Source: an uncultured Candidatus Entotheonella sp. (GTDB taxonomy: Bacteria > Tectomicrobia > Entotheonellia > Entotheonellales > Entotheonellaceae). Taken from it: DNA of 64,000 bases. The DNA lies in NCBI GenBank assembly GCA_965217185.1, contig OZ244252.1, forward strand, positions 3,392,001 to 3,456,000, in the 5' to 3' direction. The notes under the pieces were generated by a model, which saw only the letters and a program-made list of their open reading frames with translations, was not told the DNA's origin and did not search any database. This document shows, one piece after another, positions 19,911-29,015 of this stretch. Each line of letters starts with the position of its first letter. Within the stretch, counting starts at the first letter, position 1. The position numbers were made by a program, and so were the translations under genes.

Positions 19911-20975
19911 ATGTCAGAGGTCCCCAGGCCGCCCGCGGCGCTGTTCGATTCGCCCTTCATGCGGGCCTGCCGGCGAGAGCCGACCCCGTACACGCCGGTA
20001 TGGCTGATGCGCCAGGCCGGGCGGTACATGGAATCGTACCGGCAGGTACGCGCGCGGGTGTCGTTCCTCGACCTGTGCAAAACGCCGGACTTGGCCGCCG
20101 AGGTGACGGTGGACGCGGTCGAGCGCCTGGGGGTCGACGCGGCCATCATCTTTGCCGACATCCTGCTAATTCTCGAGCCAATGGGCATGCAACTCGAATT
20201 CAGCGCCAGCGATGGGCCGGTGCTGCACAACCCCCTGCAAACTGCGGCCGACGTCGAGCGGCTGCGGGAGGTGGATGCCGCCGAATCGCTGTCCTTCGTC
20301 ATGCAGGCGGTCCGCGCCGCACGCGCCGCGCTGCCGCCGGACCTGCCGCTGATCGGTTTCGCCGGGGCGCCCTTCACGCTGGCTTCCTACATGATCGAGG
20401 GCGGCTCGTCGCGCCAATACACGCGCACCAAGCAATTCATGTACACGCAGCCGCAGGCGTGGCACGCCCTCATGGCGCTGCTGGCCCGCAGCGTGGCGCG
20501 TTACCTCAACGCCCAGGCGGCAGCCGGCGCTCAGGCCGTGCAGTTATTCGATAGCTGGGTCGGCAACCTGTCGCCGGCGGATTACCGTACTTTCGTGTTA
20601 CCGCACTCGCGTGAGGTGATCGCCAGCGTCACCCCCGGCGTGCCGGTGCTTCACTTCGGCACCGGCACGAACGCGTTGCTGGAACTAATGCGCGAGGCCG
20701 GCGGCGACGTCATCGGGGTCGATTTCCGGGTCGAGCTGGATGACGCCTGGCGGCGGCTGGGAGACGTCGGCATTCAGGGTAACCTCGACCCTGCCGTGCT
20801 GGTGGCGGAGCGTCCCTACATCCGCCAGCGGGTGCGGGAGATTCTGCGGCAGGCGGGAGGACGCGCCGGCCACGTCTTCAATCTGGGGCACGGCATCCTG
20901 CCGACAACGCCGGTAGACAACGTTCGCGCCCTGGTCGACGACGTCCACGAGTTGAGCACCCGGGAGCCATCATGA
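19911..20975 (+). CDS. hemE: Uroporphyrinogen decarboxylase
   Basis: PVWLMRQAGRY, DAAIIFADIL, GFAGAPFTLASY, QLFDSW, QGNLDP, FNLGHG. Confidence 0.97.
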   Translation: MSEVPRPPAALFDSPFMRACRREPTPYTPVWLMRQAGRYMESYRQVRARVSFLDLCKTPDLAAEVTVDAVERLGVDAAIIFADILLILEPMGMQLEFSASDGPVLHNPLQTAADVERLREVDAAESLSFVMQAVRAARAALPPDLPLIGFAGAPFTLASYMIEGGSSRQYTRTKQFMYTQPQAWHALMALLARSVARYLNAQAAAGAQAVQLFDSWVGNLSPADYRTFVLPHSREVIASVTPGVPVLHFGTGTNALLELMREAGGDVIGVDFRVELDDAWRRLGDVGIQGNLDPAVLVAERPYIRQRVREILRQAGGRAGHVFNLGHGILPTTPVDNVRALVDDVHELSTREPS

Positions 20976-21958
20976 CCGATCCAGCCATCGACGGCGTGCT
21001 GCTGATCGGATTCGGCGGCCCGACACCCGGCTGCTGCCGGCGCTACGAGCCGTGCCCCGGACGCGAGGTGGCCTGTTTCGTGCGCGCGGTTGTCGGCGAG
21101 CGACCCGGCGCGCAGGCGAGAATCGACGAGGTGGCGGCGCACTACGACGTGTTCGGGGGCTATTCGCCGTTCAACGCCTTGACGTTGCAACAGGCCGAAA
21201 GCGTGTCTGCCGCTCTGGTAGCCGAGGGGCATACGGTGCCGGTCCGCGTCGGCATGCGCTTCTGGCCGCCATACGTCGACACCGTGCTGGCCGACATGGC
21301 CGAACTGAGCTGCCGGCACTTGCTCGGGGTCATTCTTTCGCCCTTCCAGTGCGCCGCCAGTTGGGAGCACTACCAGCAATCGGTGGCGGATGGGGTCGCG
21401 GCCCTCGGCGAGCACGGCCCGCAGATAACATATCTTGCGCCCTGGCATACCCAGACGGGCTTTGTCGAAGCCATTGCCGACGGCATTGAACAGGCCGCCG
21501 CGTCGCTCGGCGAAGCGCGTGGCGGCGAGGCGGCGCTCATCTACACGGCGCACGCCATCCCCGAACCGATGGCGGACCGAGCGCCGTACACGCACCAGTT
21601 CCATGAGACGGCGGAGGCGGTGACGAAACGCCTGGGCCGCCGGGATCACCGGATCGCCTACCAGAGCCAGGTGACCGGCACGCCGGCCCCGTGGCTGCAG
21701 CCGGACGTCAATGACGTCATCAAGCAGGTACGCGAAGACGGCTTCCGCGACGCGATCGTCGCACCCATCGGCTTTCTGTGCGACCACATGGAGGTGCTGT
21801 ACGACCTCGACGTGCAGGCGAAGGAGACCGCCGAGGCGTGCGGGCTGGGTTACGTGCGCTCCGGCACCGTCAGCAACCACCCGGCGTTCGTGGCCATGCT
21901 CAGCGATGTGATCGGCGCGCGTCTGGCCCTAAATTCCCCTCCCTCTAGGAGGGGGTAG
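20972..21958 (+). CDS. hemH: Ferrochelatase (coproporphyrin ferrochelatase type)
   Basis: FGGP, GGYSP, GMRFWPPY, TAHAIP, YQS, WLQPD, PIGFLCDHMEVLYDLD. Confidence 0.92.
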   Translation: MTDPAIDGVLLIGFGGPTPGCCRRYEPCPGREVACFVRAVVGERPGAQARIDEVAAHYDVFGGYSPFNALTLQQAESVSAALVAEGHTVPVRVGMRFWPPYVDTVLADMAELSCRHLLGVILSPFQCAASWEHYQQSVADGVAALGEHGPQITYLAPWHTQTGFVEAIADGIEQAAASLGEARGGEAALIYTAHAIPEPMADRAPYTHQFHETAEAVTKRLGRRDHRIAYQSQVTGTPAPWLQPDVNDVIKQVREDGFRDAIVAPIGFLCDHMEVLYDLDVQAKETAEACGLGYVRSGTVSNHPAFVAMLSDVIGARLALNSPPSRRG

Positions 21959-21972
21959 GGGGAGGCAACGGC

Positions 21973-23448
21973 GTGGAACAGGCGGCGAATCGCAAACGGG
22001 CGGTGGTCATCGGCGGCGGCATCACGGGCCTGACCGCCTGTTACCGTCTCATGCAACAGACACAGGCCGGCGGTCTGCCGCTTGACGTCGTATTGCTGGA
22101 GGCCGGCGACCGGCTCGGCGGCGTTATCGCCACCCGTCACCAGGACGGCCTGGTGCTGGAAGAGGGGCCGGACTGCTTTCTCGCCACCAAGCCCTGGGGT
22201 GTCGAGTTGTGCGACGAACTCGGGCTGAGCGCCGAGCTCATCGGCACCACCACCGAACATCGCCAGAGCTTCATCGTGCGCCGCGGCAAGCTCGTGCCGG
22301 TACCGCAGGGGTTTTACCTGATGGCGCCGGGCTTCCTGTGGCCGTTTGTGACCACCCGTGCCTTCAGTTGGTCCGGCAAGCTGCGCATGGCCCTGGACCT
22401 CGTGCTGCCTCGCCGAATCCCGGAGGACGACGAATCCCTCGCCGATTTCGTCACCCGCCGCCTGGGCCGGGAAGCCCTGGAGCGCATGGCGCAGCCCATG
22501 GTCGGCGGCATTTACACCGCTGATCCGCGCCACCTCAGCATGCAGGCCACGATGCCGCAATTCCTGGAAATGGAGCGGCGCCACCGCAGTCTGATCCTCG
22601 CACTGCGCCACCGGCAGCGCCAAGCCGGCGCGCAACAACCAGGCGTCAGCGGCGCCCGCTACGGCCTGTTCGCGTCCTTCCGGCACGGCATGCAAACGCT
22701 GGTGGACGCCCTCGCCGACCGCCTGCCGGCCGGTACCGTACGCCTGCAAACCCCTGCCCGTAACGTCCGACGCAACCCCGACAGCCAGCGCTGGACCGTC
22801 TCCCCGCACGATGGCCCCGACCTCGAAGCCGATGCCCTCTGCCTGGCGCTCACCGCGCCGCATGCCGCTCGCCTGCTGTCGGGTCTTGACCCCGAATTGG
22901 CCGCCGGGCTGCACGACATCCCCTACGCATCGTCAGCCGTCGTCACCCTGGCGTGCAACCGCGCCGACGTCGCCCACCCCCTGAACGGCATGGGATTCGT
23001 CGTGCCGGCGGTCGAGCAGCGCAACCTGATCGCCTGCTCCTTCAGCAGCGTCAAGTTCGCCGGCCGGGCGCCGGACGGCAAGGTGCTCCTGCGCGCCTTT
23101 GTCGGCGGCGCCTTGCAGCAGGAACAAGCCCTTTGGCCCGACGCAAAGCTCCAAGACGCTGTGCTCCAGGACCTGCGGCAATTGCTAGGCCTCACCGGCA
23201 AGCCCACGCTGTGCCACGTGAGCCGCCATCCCAGCGCCATGCCGCAATACCACGTCGGACATCTTGCACGCATCGAGCGCCTCGAAGCAGCAGCCCGCCG
23301 CTGGCCCGGCTTGGCGCTGGCTGGCAACGCCTACCACGGCGTCGGCGTGCCCGACTGCATCCACAGCGGCGACGACGCGGCGCGCGACCTGACGAGTCAT
23401 TTGTTTCCACACGCCGCCGGCAGCAACCCGTCGATTGCAGCCAGCTGA
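21973..23448 (+). CDS. hemY: HemY-type proto-/coproporphyrinogen oxidase
   Basis: IGGGITGL, EEGPDCFL, DESLADFVTRRLG, GIY, MPQYHVGH, GVGVPDCI. Confidence 0.95.
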   Translation: MEQAANRKRAVVIGGGITGLTACYRLMQQTQAGGLPLDVVLLEAGDRLGGVIATRHQDGLVLEEGPDCFLATKPWGVELCDELGLSAELIGTTTEHRQSFIVRRGKLVPVPQGFYLMAPGFLWPFVTTRAFSWSGKLRMALDLVLPRRIPEDDESLADFVTRRLGREALERMAQPMVGGIYTADPRHLSMQATMPQFLEMERRHRSLILALRHRQRQAGAQQPGVSGARYGLFASFRHGMQTLVDALADRLPAGTVRLQTPARNVRRNPDSQRWTVSPHDGPDLEADALCLALTAPHAARLLSGLDPELAAGLHDIPYASSAVVTLACNRADVAHPLNGMGFVVPAVEQRNLIACSFSSVKFAGRAPDGKVLLRAFVGGALQQEQALWPDAKLQDAVLQDLRQLLGLTGKPTLCHVSRHPSAMPQYHVGHLARIERLEAAARRWPGLALAGNAYHGVGVPDCIHSGDDAARDLTSHLFPHAAGSNPSIAAS

Positions 23449-23550
23449 AGCAGTTACGACTTTTGACAGCCGATTCCACCTATGCTTTATTGGCCTCGTC
23501 CTGTAACATGCGGTCACGCAAACCTACGCAGAAAGACAGAGGTTACAGAA

Positions 23551-23796
23551 ATGGCTACCCCAGCCTTTGACACCTTGAGCGCGGCACGACAACTTGAAGC
23601 TGCCGGCATTGAGACCAAACACGCTGAAGCTATTGTTACGGCCATCCGCCAAAGCGGTGAATCTGCTGTCACGAAGACCGACCTCGATGCGTTGCGGTCT
23701 GACTTCAAGGCCGATCTGAGCAGTGCCGTCAACCGGATGCTGCTGGCCCAAACTGCCATAGCAGGCTTGCTCTTTACCGCGATCAAGTTCCTATAA
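23551..23796 (+). CDS. DUF1640-like small protein
   Basis: FDTLSAARQLEAAG..AEAIV, VTKTDL, C-terminal hydrophobic tail; TTGACA at 23463 upstream. Confidence 0.75.
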   Translation: MATPAFDTLSAARQLEAAGIETKHAEAIVTAIRQSGESAVTKTDLDALRSDFKADLSSAVNRMLLAQTAIAGLLFTAIKFL

Positions 23797-24009
23797 GGGA
23801 AGTCCTTCGGACGAACCCACTCGACTGCCCACGTCGTTCATGCGTCCCGTGTGAACAGGCGAACGGCACGTTCCCTTGCGATCCCCACCTGCAATCCTTG
23901 CATGCCTTGACTCTCATACCCCACCGCCCTACGCTGGCTTCGCCAGCAATGCTTGGCAGCAATCCCAAAATCCTGGCATGACCAACCGACGGTGACGTGG
24001 GAGATCGCG

Positions 24010-25431
24010 ATGGACGCAACGGAGCTTTGTTTTACGCCGGCCACCGAACTGGCGGCGGCGATTCGGGAGCGGCGGCTTTCGCCGGTGGAAATCATGGACG
24101 CGGTGCTGGCGCGCATCGAGGCGGTGAATCCGCACATCAACGCCTTCTTGGCGGTAGACGGTGAGCGGGCACGCGACGCGGCGCGGGCGGCGGAAGCCGG
24201 TGTCATGAGGGGCGAGACGGCGGGCGCCTTGTACGGCTTGCCCGTGTCCATCAAGGACCTGGAGCTGGTGGCCGGCCTGCGCTGTACGTTCGGCTCCAAG
24301 TTCTTCGCTGACAACATCGCGGACAGCGACGGCCTGGTAACCGAGCGCGCCAAGGGCGCCGGCGGCATCGTGATCGGCAAGACAAACACGTCGCACTACG
24401 GACACAAGGACATGTGCGACAACCTGCTGGGTCCGCCGTGCCGCAACCCGTGGAAGCTGGACCGCACCTCGGGCGCCTCAAGCGGCGGCGCCGCGGCGGC
24501 GGTGGCCGCGGGGCTGGGACCCCTGGCGCACGGCTCGGACGGCGCCGGTTCCATCCGCATTCCCGCCGCGCTGTGCGGCGTCTTCGGCCACAAGCCGTCC
24601 TTCGGGCGGGTCCCCTACTGGCCCAATCCCGATATCTGGGCGGCGCGCTCGCACAACGGTCCGATCACCCGCACCGTCGCCGACGCGGCGCTCTTTCTCG
24701 GCGCCCTGGCCGGACCCGACCCGCGCGACCCCACCACCATCGACAGCCCGCCCGAGGACTACGCCGCCGCGGTGGCGCAGCCGCTCGAAGCTCTGCGCGG
24801 ACTGCGCGTCGCCTGGAGCGTCGATCTGGGCTACGCCGCGGTAGACCCGGAGGTGCGGCGCCTGACCACGGCGGCGGCGGAGCGGTTCAGCGACTTCGGC
24901 TGCGAGGTCGAGGCCGTCAGTCCCGGCTGGGACGACCAGCGCGAGGCCGCGGCCATGGCCTGGAACGTTTCCTACGCCTCACGCAACGCCGAGCGCTATG
25001 CCCAGCGGTCCGAGTGGTTCGAGCCCAGTCTGGTGGAGATGATCGAGGCCGGCCAGCGGGTTTCCGCTGTAGAACTCGGCTTGGCGCAGTTGGCACGCAC
25101 CGAATACTACCACCAGGTGCGGCGCCTGTTCGATGCCTACGACCTGCTGCTCACCCCGCAGATGCCGCTGGGGGCGTGGTCGGTCGAGCGCGGCCCCAGC
25201 CACATCGACGGCACCCCGACGCCGTCGATGTTCGACCGGCTGCCGTTCACCTTTCCGTTCAACCTGACGGGACAGCCCGCCGCCAGCGTGCCGTGCGGAT
25301 TCACCTCCGAGGGCCTGCCGGCGGCCCTGCAGATCGTCGGCCGCTGGCACGCCGACACGCTGGTGCTACAGGCCGCCGCGGCGTGCGAGCAGGCGGCGCC
25401 GTGGGCGCATCTGAGGCCACCCGAATTCTAG
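24010..25431 (+). CDS. Amidase signature family protein
   Basis: PVSIKDL, GASSGGAAAAVAAG, GSDGAGSIRIPA, FNLTGQPAASVP. Confidence 0.93.
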   Translation: MDATELCFTPATELAAAIRERRLSPVEIMDAVLARIEAVNPHINAFLAVDGERARDAARAAEAGVMRGETAGALYGLPVSIKDLELVAGLRCTFGSKFFADNIADSDGLVTERAKGAGGIVIGKTNTSHYGHKDMCDNLLGPPCRNPWKLDRTSGASSGGAAAAVAAGLGPLAHGSDGAGSIRIPAALCGVFGHKPSFGRVPYWPNPDIWAARSHNGPITRTVADAALFLGALAGPDPRDPTTIDSPPEDYAAAVAQPLEALRGLRVAWSVDLGYAAVDPEVRRLTTAAAERFSDFGCEVEAVSPGWDDQREAAAMAWNVSYASRNAERYAQRSEWFEPSLVEMIEAGQRVSAVELGLAQLARTEYYHQVRRLFDAYDLLLTPQMPLGAWSVERGPSHIDGTPTPSMFDRLPFTFPFNLTGQPAASVPCGFTSEGLPAALQIVGRWHADTLVLQAAAACEQAAPWAHLRPPEF

Positions 25432-25607
25432 CGCCGGGCGTGCGTCGCAGCCCCGCCGAAGCGGCGCATTCAGGGCTTGCAACCGCCAAGCGGTTCATGC
25501 TATTGATAGCGAATTCACCTGCAAATGGATTCGGTTAACGCAACCGTGAGGTTTGGTGCGCGGCCCTACGTCTGGCCCGCCACCCAAAGGCATGGGAGAG
25601 GTACACA

Positions 25608-26720
25608 ATGGAAGTGCAAGAAGGTCTTGAAGGGGTCGTCGCGTTTGCCTCGGAACTGAGCTCGATCGTTGGGGCGACGCTGACCTATCGCGGCTACGTG
25701 ATCGAAGATCTGGCGGAGCACTCGACCTTTGAAGAGGTGGTGTACCTATTGTGGCACGGGCAGTTGCCGAGCCAAGCCGAACTCGACCAACTGATCCATG
25801 ACATCCGCAGCCAGTGCGCACTCCCAGAACCCGTGCTCGACATCATGCACCGCCTGCCGACCGACGTCCACCCCATGGAGTACGTGCGCACCGTCACCTC
25901 CGTCCTGGCTCTTTACGATCCCGATCGGCACGACAATTCACACGACGCCAACATCCGAAAGGCTATCCGCATGGTGGCGCGCATGCCCGCCCTGGTGGCG
26001 GGGTTTGACCGCATCCGCAACGGCAAGGAACCTCTGGCGCCGAAGCCGGACGTCAACATCGCCACCAATTTCCTCTACATGCTGCAGGGACAGGACCCCG
26101 ATCCGGAGTTCGCGCAGTTCTTCGACACCGCTCTGATCCTCCACGCCGACCACGAAATCAACGCCTCCACGTTCGCCGCCCGGGTCACCGTGGCGACCGT
26201 CTCGGACATCTATTCCGGCGTGGTGTCGGCCATCGGCACCCTCAAGGGTCCGCTGCACGGTGGCGCCAATGAGCAGGTGATGGTCACCCTCAAGGCCATC
26301 GGCAGCATGGACAACGTCGAGCCCTACCTGTTGAAGGCGCTGGCCAACAAGGACCGCATCATGGGATTCGGCCACCGCGTCTACAAGGAAGGCGACCCGC
26401 GCGCCAAAATCCTCGGGCCGATGTCGAAGCGCATGGGCGAGAAGACCGGACAGCCGCAGTGGTACGAAATGTCCGTGCGGGTCCACGAGCTCATGGAGCG
26501 CGAGAAGGGCCTGATCCCGAACGTCGATTTCTACTCCGCCTCGACCTACCACAACATGGGCATTCCCACCGATATCTTCACGCCGGTCTTCGTGATGAGC
26601 CGCGTCGCCGGCTGGACCGCGCACGTCATCGAACAACTCGACCGCAACCGCCTGATCCGCCCGCGCGCCAAGTACGTCGGGCCCGTCGACCTGAAGTGGG
26701 TGCCGACCGCCCAGCGATAG
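25608..26720 (+). CDS. gltA: Citrate synthase / 2-methylcitrate synthase (short type)
   Basis: GLEGV, LTYRGY, HADHEINASTF, GPLHGGANE, MGFGHRVY, PNVDFYS, LIRP. Confidence 0.93.
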   Translation: MEVQEGLEGVVAFASELSSIVGATLTYRGYVIEDLAEHSTFEEVVYLLWHGQLPSQAELDQLIHDIRSQCALPEPVLDIMHRLPTDVHPMEYVRTVTSVLALYDPDRHDNSHDANIRKAIRMVARMPALVAGFDRIRNGKEPLAPKPDVNIATNFLYMLQGQDPDPEFAQFFDTALILHADHEINASTFAARVTVATVSDIYSGVVSAIGTLKGPLHGGANEQVMVTLKAIGSMDNVEPYLLKALANKDRIMGFGHRVYKEGDPRAKILGPMSKRMGEKTGQPQWYEMSVRVHELMEREKGLIPNVDFYSASTYHNMGIPTDIFTPVFVMSRVAGWTAHVIEQLDRNRLIRPRAKYVGPVDLKWVPTAQR

Positions 26721-26823
26721 GGCGAGATCATCGCGAGCCTGCTTGGCGCCATGTATGTTCTCGGTATGTGACGGGATGCGGTTGCCAGCGATGGCGACCG
26801 AAAGACAAAAAGAAGGCGCGGCC

Positions 26824-27048
26824 ATGGCGAGCATCACGATCCGCAACCTCGATGACGAGGTGAAGCACCGCTTGCGCGTGCGCGCGGCATGGAACGGCCG
26901 TTCCATGGAAGAGGAGGCGCGGCTGATCCTGCGCGAGGCCGTCGGGCGGGAATCTGAACCTGAGAACCTAGCCCGTTTCATTCACGACTGCTTCGCGCCA
27001 TACGGCGGCGTGGACCTCGAATTACCCCCCGCAAGCCGGCACGGCTGA
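26824..27048 (+). CDS. fitA: FitA/StbC-like ribbon-helix-helix antitoxin, copy 1 (3' end disrupted by a partial duplication)
   Basis: MASITIRNLDDEVKHRLRVRAAWNGRSMEEEARLIL; C-terminus diverges after VDLELPP. Confidence 0.85.
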   Translation: MASITIRNLDDEVKHRLRVRAAWNGRSMEEEARLILREAVGRESEPENLARFIHDCFAPYGGVDLELPPASRHG

Positions 27049-27188
27049 TCCTGCGCGACGCCATTTGGTGCAAGCCGGGTCCACAGAATCTCGCGAGCAT
27101 CATCCGCGCCCACTTCGGACCATCCAAGGGCGTAGACCTGGAGTTGCCGCCGCGCGAGCCGACACGCGAGCCGCCCCGTTTCGACTGA
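27039..27188 (+). pseudogene. Start-less C-terminal fragment of a second fitA allele
   Basis: Translates to ARLILRDAIWCKPGPQNLASIIRAHFGPSKGVDLELPPREPTREPPRFD*, closely matching the C-terminal half of 35855-36097. Confidence 0.85.
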
Positions 27189-27198
27189 GCCGGCAGCG

Positions 27199-27218
27199 AT
27201 GATCGTGCTCGACACAAA
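27199..27218 (+). pseudogene. 5' stub of a FitB/VapC PIN toxin gene
   Basis: ATG ATC GTG CTC GAC ACA = MIVLDT, the typical PIN-domain start, 10 nt after the fitA-fragment stop; similarity then ends and the frame stops at 27255. Confidence 0.7.
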
Positions 27219-27461
27219 AGGGCGTCCGTTTTATTGGAGGCAACTAACCACTTGATTTTGCGGCGTTCTCTCCATAATTCTTTCAACCGCCACCATTACC
27301 GTACACACATCGCAAGCGGTTTGAGTACAAGAACCGCATCCCCCAGCGCGCGCGTCCGCACGTCCTGTTTCCTTGGAGTTTAGCGAGTCGCAACACATCG
27401 TCATAGCGCCCAATAACCATCGGCCATCGCGCTACGAAACCAAACCTGGAAGCTCCTTCAA

Positions 27462-29015
27462 ATGATCACAGGCGACATCAAAACCCAAATTGACCGCATC
27501 TGGGACTCATTCTGGTCCGGCGGCATCTCGAACCCGCTGGAGGTGATGGAGCAGATCACCTACCTGCTGTTCCTCCGTCGGCTCGACGACATGCACACGT
27601 TGGAGGAGAACAAGGCCAATCGGCTCAAGAAGCCAATGGAGCGGCGGGTCTTCCCGGAAGGCAAGGACGCCAAGGGTCGGTCCTACGAGGACTTCCGCTG
27701 GTCGCGCTTCAAGCACCTCGCCCCGGCCGAGATGTTCACGGTGGTGGGGGAGCACGTCCTCCCCTATTTGCGCGCCGACCTAGCCCAGCAACTCGGCGGT
27801 GCCGACCCCACCTACGCGCACCACATGAAGGATGCGCGCTTCACCATCCCGACTCCAGCGCTACTGGCCAAAGTGGTAGACCTGCTCGACAAGGTGCCTA
27901 TGGAGGACCGCGACACCAAAGGAGACGTCTACGAGTACATGCTCGGCAAGATCGCCACCGCCGGACAGAACGGGCAGTTCCGCACACCGCGTCACATCAT
28001 CCGGCTGATGGTGGAGCTCACCGCGCCCCAGCCCGCCGACGTCATCTGCGACCCGGCCTGCGGTACGGCGGGCTTTCTGGTCGCGGCGGGCGAGTACCTG
28101 CGCGAGCGCCACTCGATGCTGCTGCACGACGCGAAGCTGCGCGAGCACTTCCACCACGGCCTGTTCCACGGCTTCGACTTCGACAGCACCATGCTGCGCA
28201 TCGGCAGCATGAACATGCTGCTGCACGGCGTAGAGAACCCGGACATCCGCTACCGCGACTCGCTGGCGCAGGAGCACGGGGGCGAGGAAGAGAAGTACAC
28301 GCTGGTGCTGGCCAATCCGCCCTTCGCCGGCAGCCTCGACTACGAGAACACCGCCAAGGACCTGCTTCAAATCGTCAAAACCAAGAAGACGGAGCTGCTC
28401 TTCCTCGCACTCTTCCTGCGCCTCCTGAAGCCAGGCGGCCGCGCCGCGGTGATCGTGCCTGATGGCGTGCTGTTCGGTTCCAGCAAGGCGCACAAGGAGT
28501 TGCGCCACATCCTGGTGGAGGACCAGAAGCTCGACGCCGTGGTATCGCTGCCCAGCGGTGCGTTCAAGCCCTACGCGGGGGTCTCCACCGCGATCCTGCT
28601 CTTCACCAAGACCAACTCCGGCGGCACCGACTACGTCTGGTTCTACGACGTCACAGCCGACGGCTGGAGTCTCGACGACAAACGCACGCCGCTGATGTCC
28701 GAGGACAAGCTCGGGGCCGTACCGCGCACAGCGCTCGGCGCCGCCGAGCACGCGAAGAACAACCTGCCCGACGTGCTTGCGCGCTGGCCAGCGCGCGCGG
28801 GCAGCGAGCGTGAGAGCCCGCGCACCGCGCAGAGCTTCTGCGTGCCCAAGGCCGACATCGCCTCCCAGGGCTACGACCTCTCGCTCAATCGATACAAGGA
28901 GGTAGTGCACGAGGAGGTCGAGCACCGCCCGCCGAAGGAGATCTTCGCCGAACTGGCGAAGCTGGAGGAGGAGATCCAGCGGGGGATGAAGGGGCTGGAG
29001 GGGATGCTCAAGTGA
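27462..29015 (+). CDS. hsdM: Type I R-M methyltransferase subunit M (N6-adenine)
   Basis: GGISNPLEVMEQITYLLF, GQFRTPRHII, DPACGTAGFL, LANPPF, YDLSLNRY. Confidence 0.96.
   Translation: MITGDIKTQIDRIWDSFWSGGISNPLEVMEQITYLLFLRRLDDMHTLEENKANRLKKPMERRVFPEGKDAKGRSYEDFRWSRFKHLAPAEMFTVVGEHVLPYLRADLAQQLGGADPTYAHHMKDARFTIPTPALLAKVVDLLDKVPMEDRDTKGDVYEYMLGKIATAGQNGQFRTPRHIIRLMVELTAPQPADVICDPACGTAGFLVAAGEYLRERHSMLLHDAKLREHFHHGLFHGFDFDSTMLRIGSMNMLLHGVENPDIRYRDSLAQEHGGEEEKYTLVLANPPFAGSLDYENTAKDLLQIVKTKKTELLFLALFLRLLKPGGRAAVIVPDGVLFGSSKAHKELRHILVEDQKLDAVVSLPSGAFKPYAGVSTAILLFTKTNSGGTDYVWFYDVTADGWSLDDKRTPLMSEDKLGAVPRTALGAAEHAKNNLPDVLARWPARAGSERESPRTAQSFCVPKADIASQGYDLSLNRYKEVVHEEVEHRPPKEIFAELAKLEEEIQRGMKGLEGMLK

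Noticed and set aside
27219..27461. IS end or MITE at the point where the toxin stub breaks off
   Set aside because: The sequence changes abruptly, but I found no partner inverted repeat, target duplication or transposase remnant.
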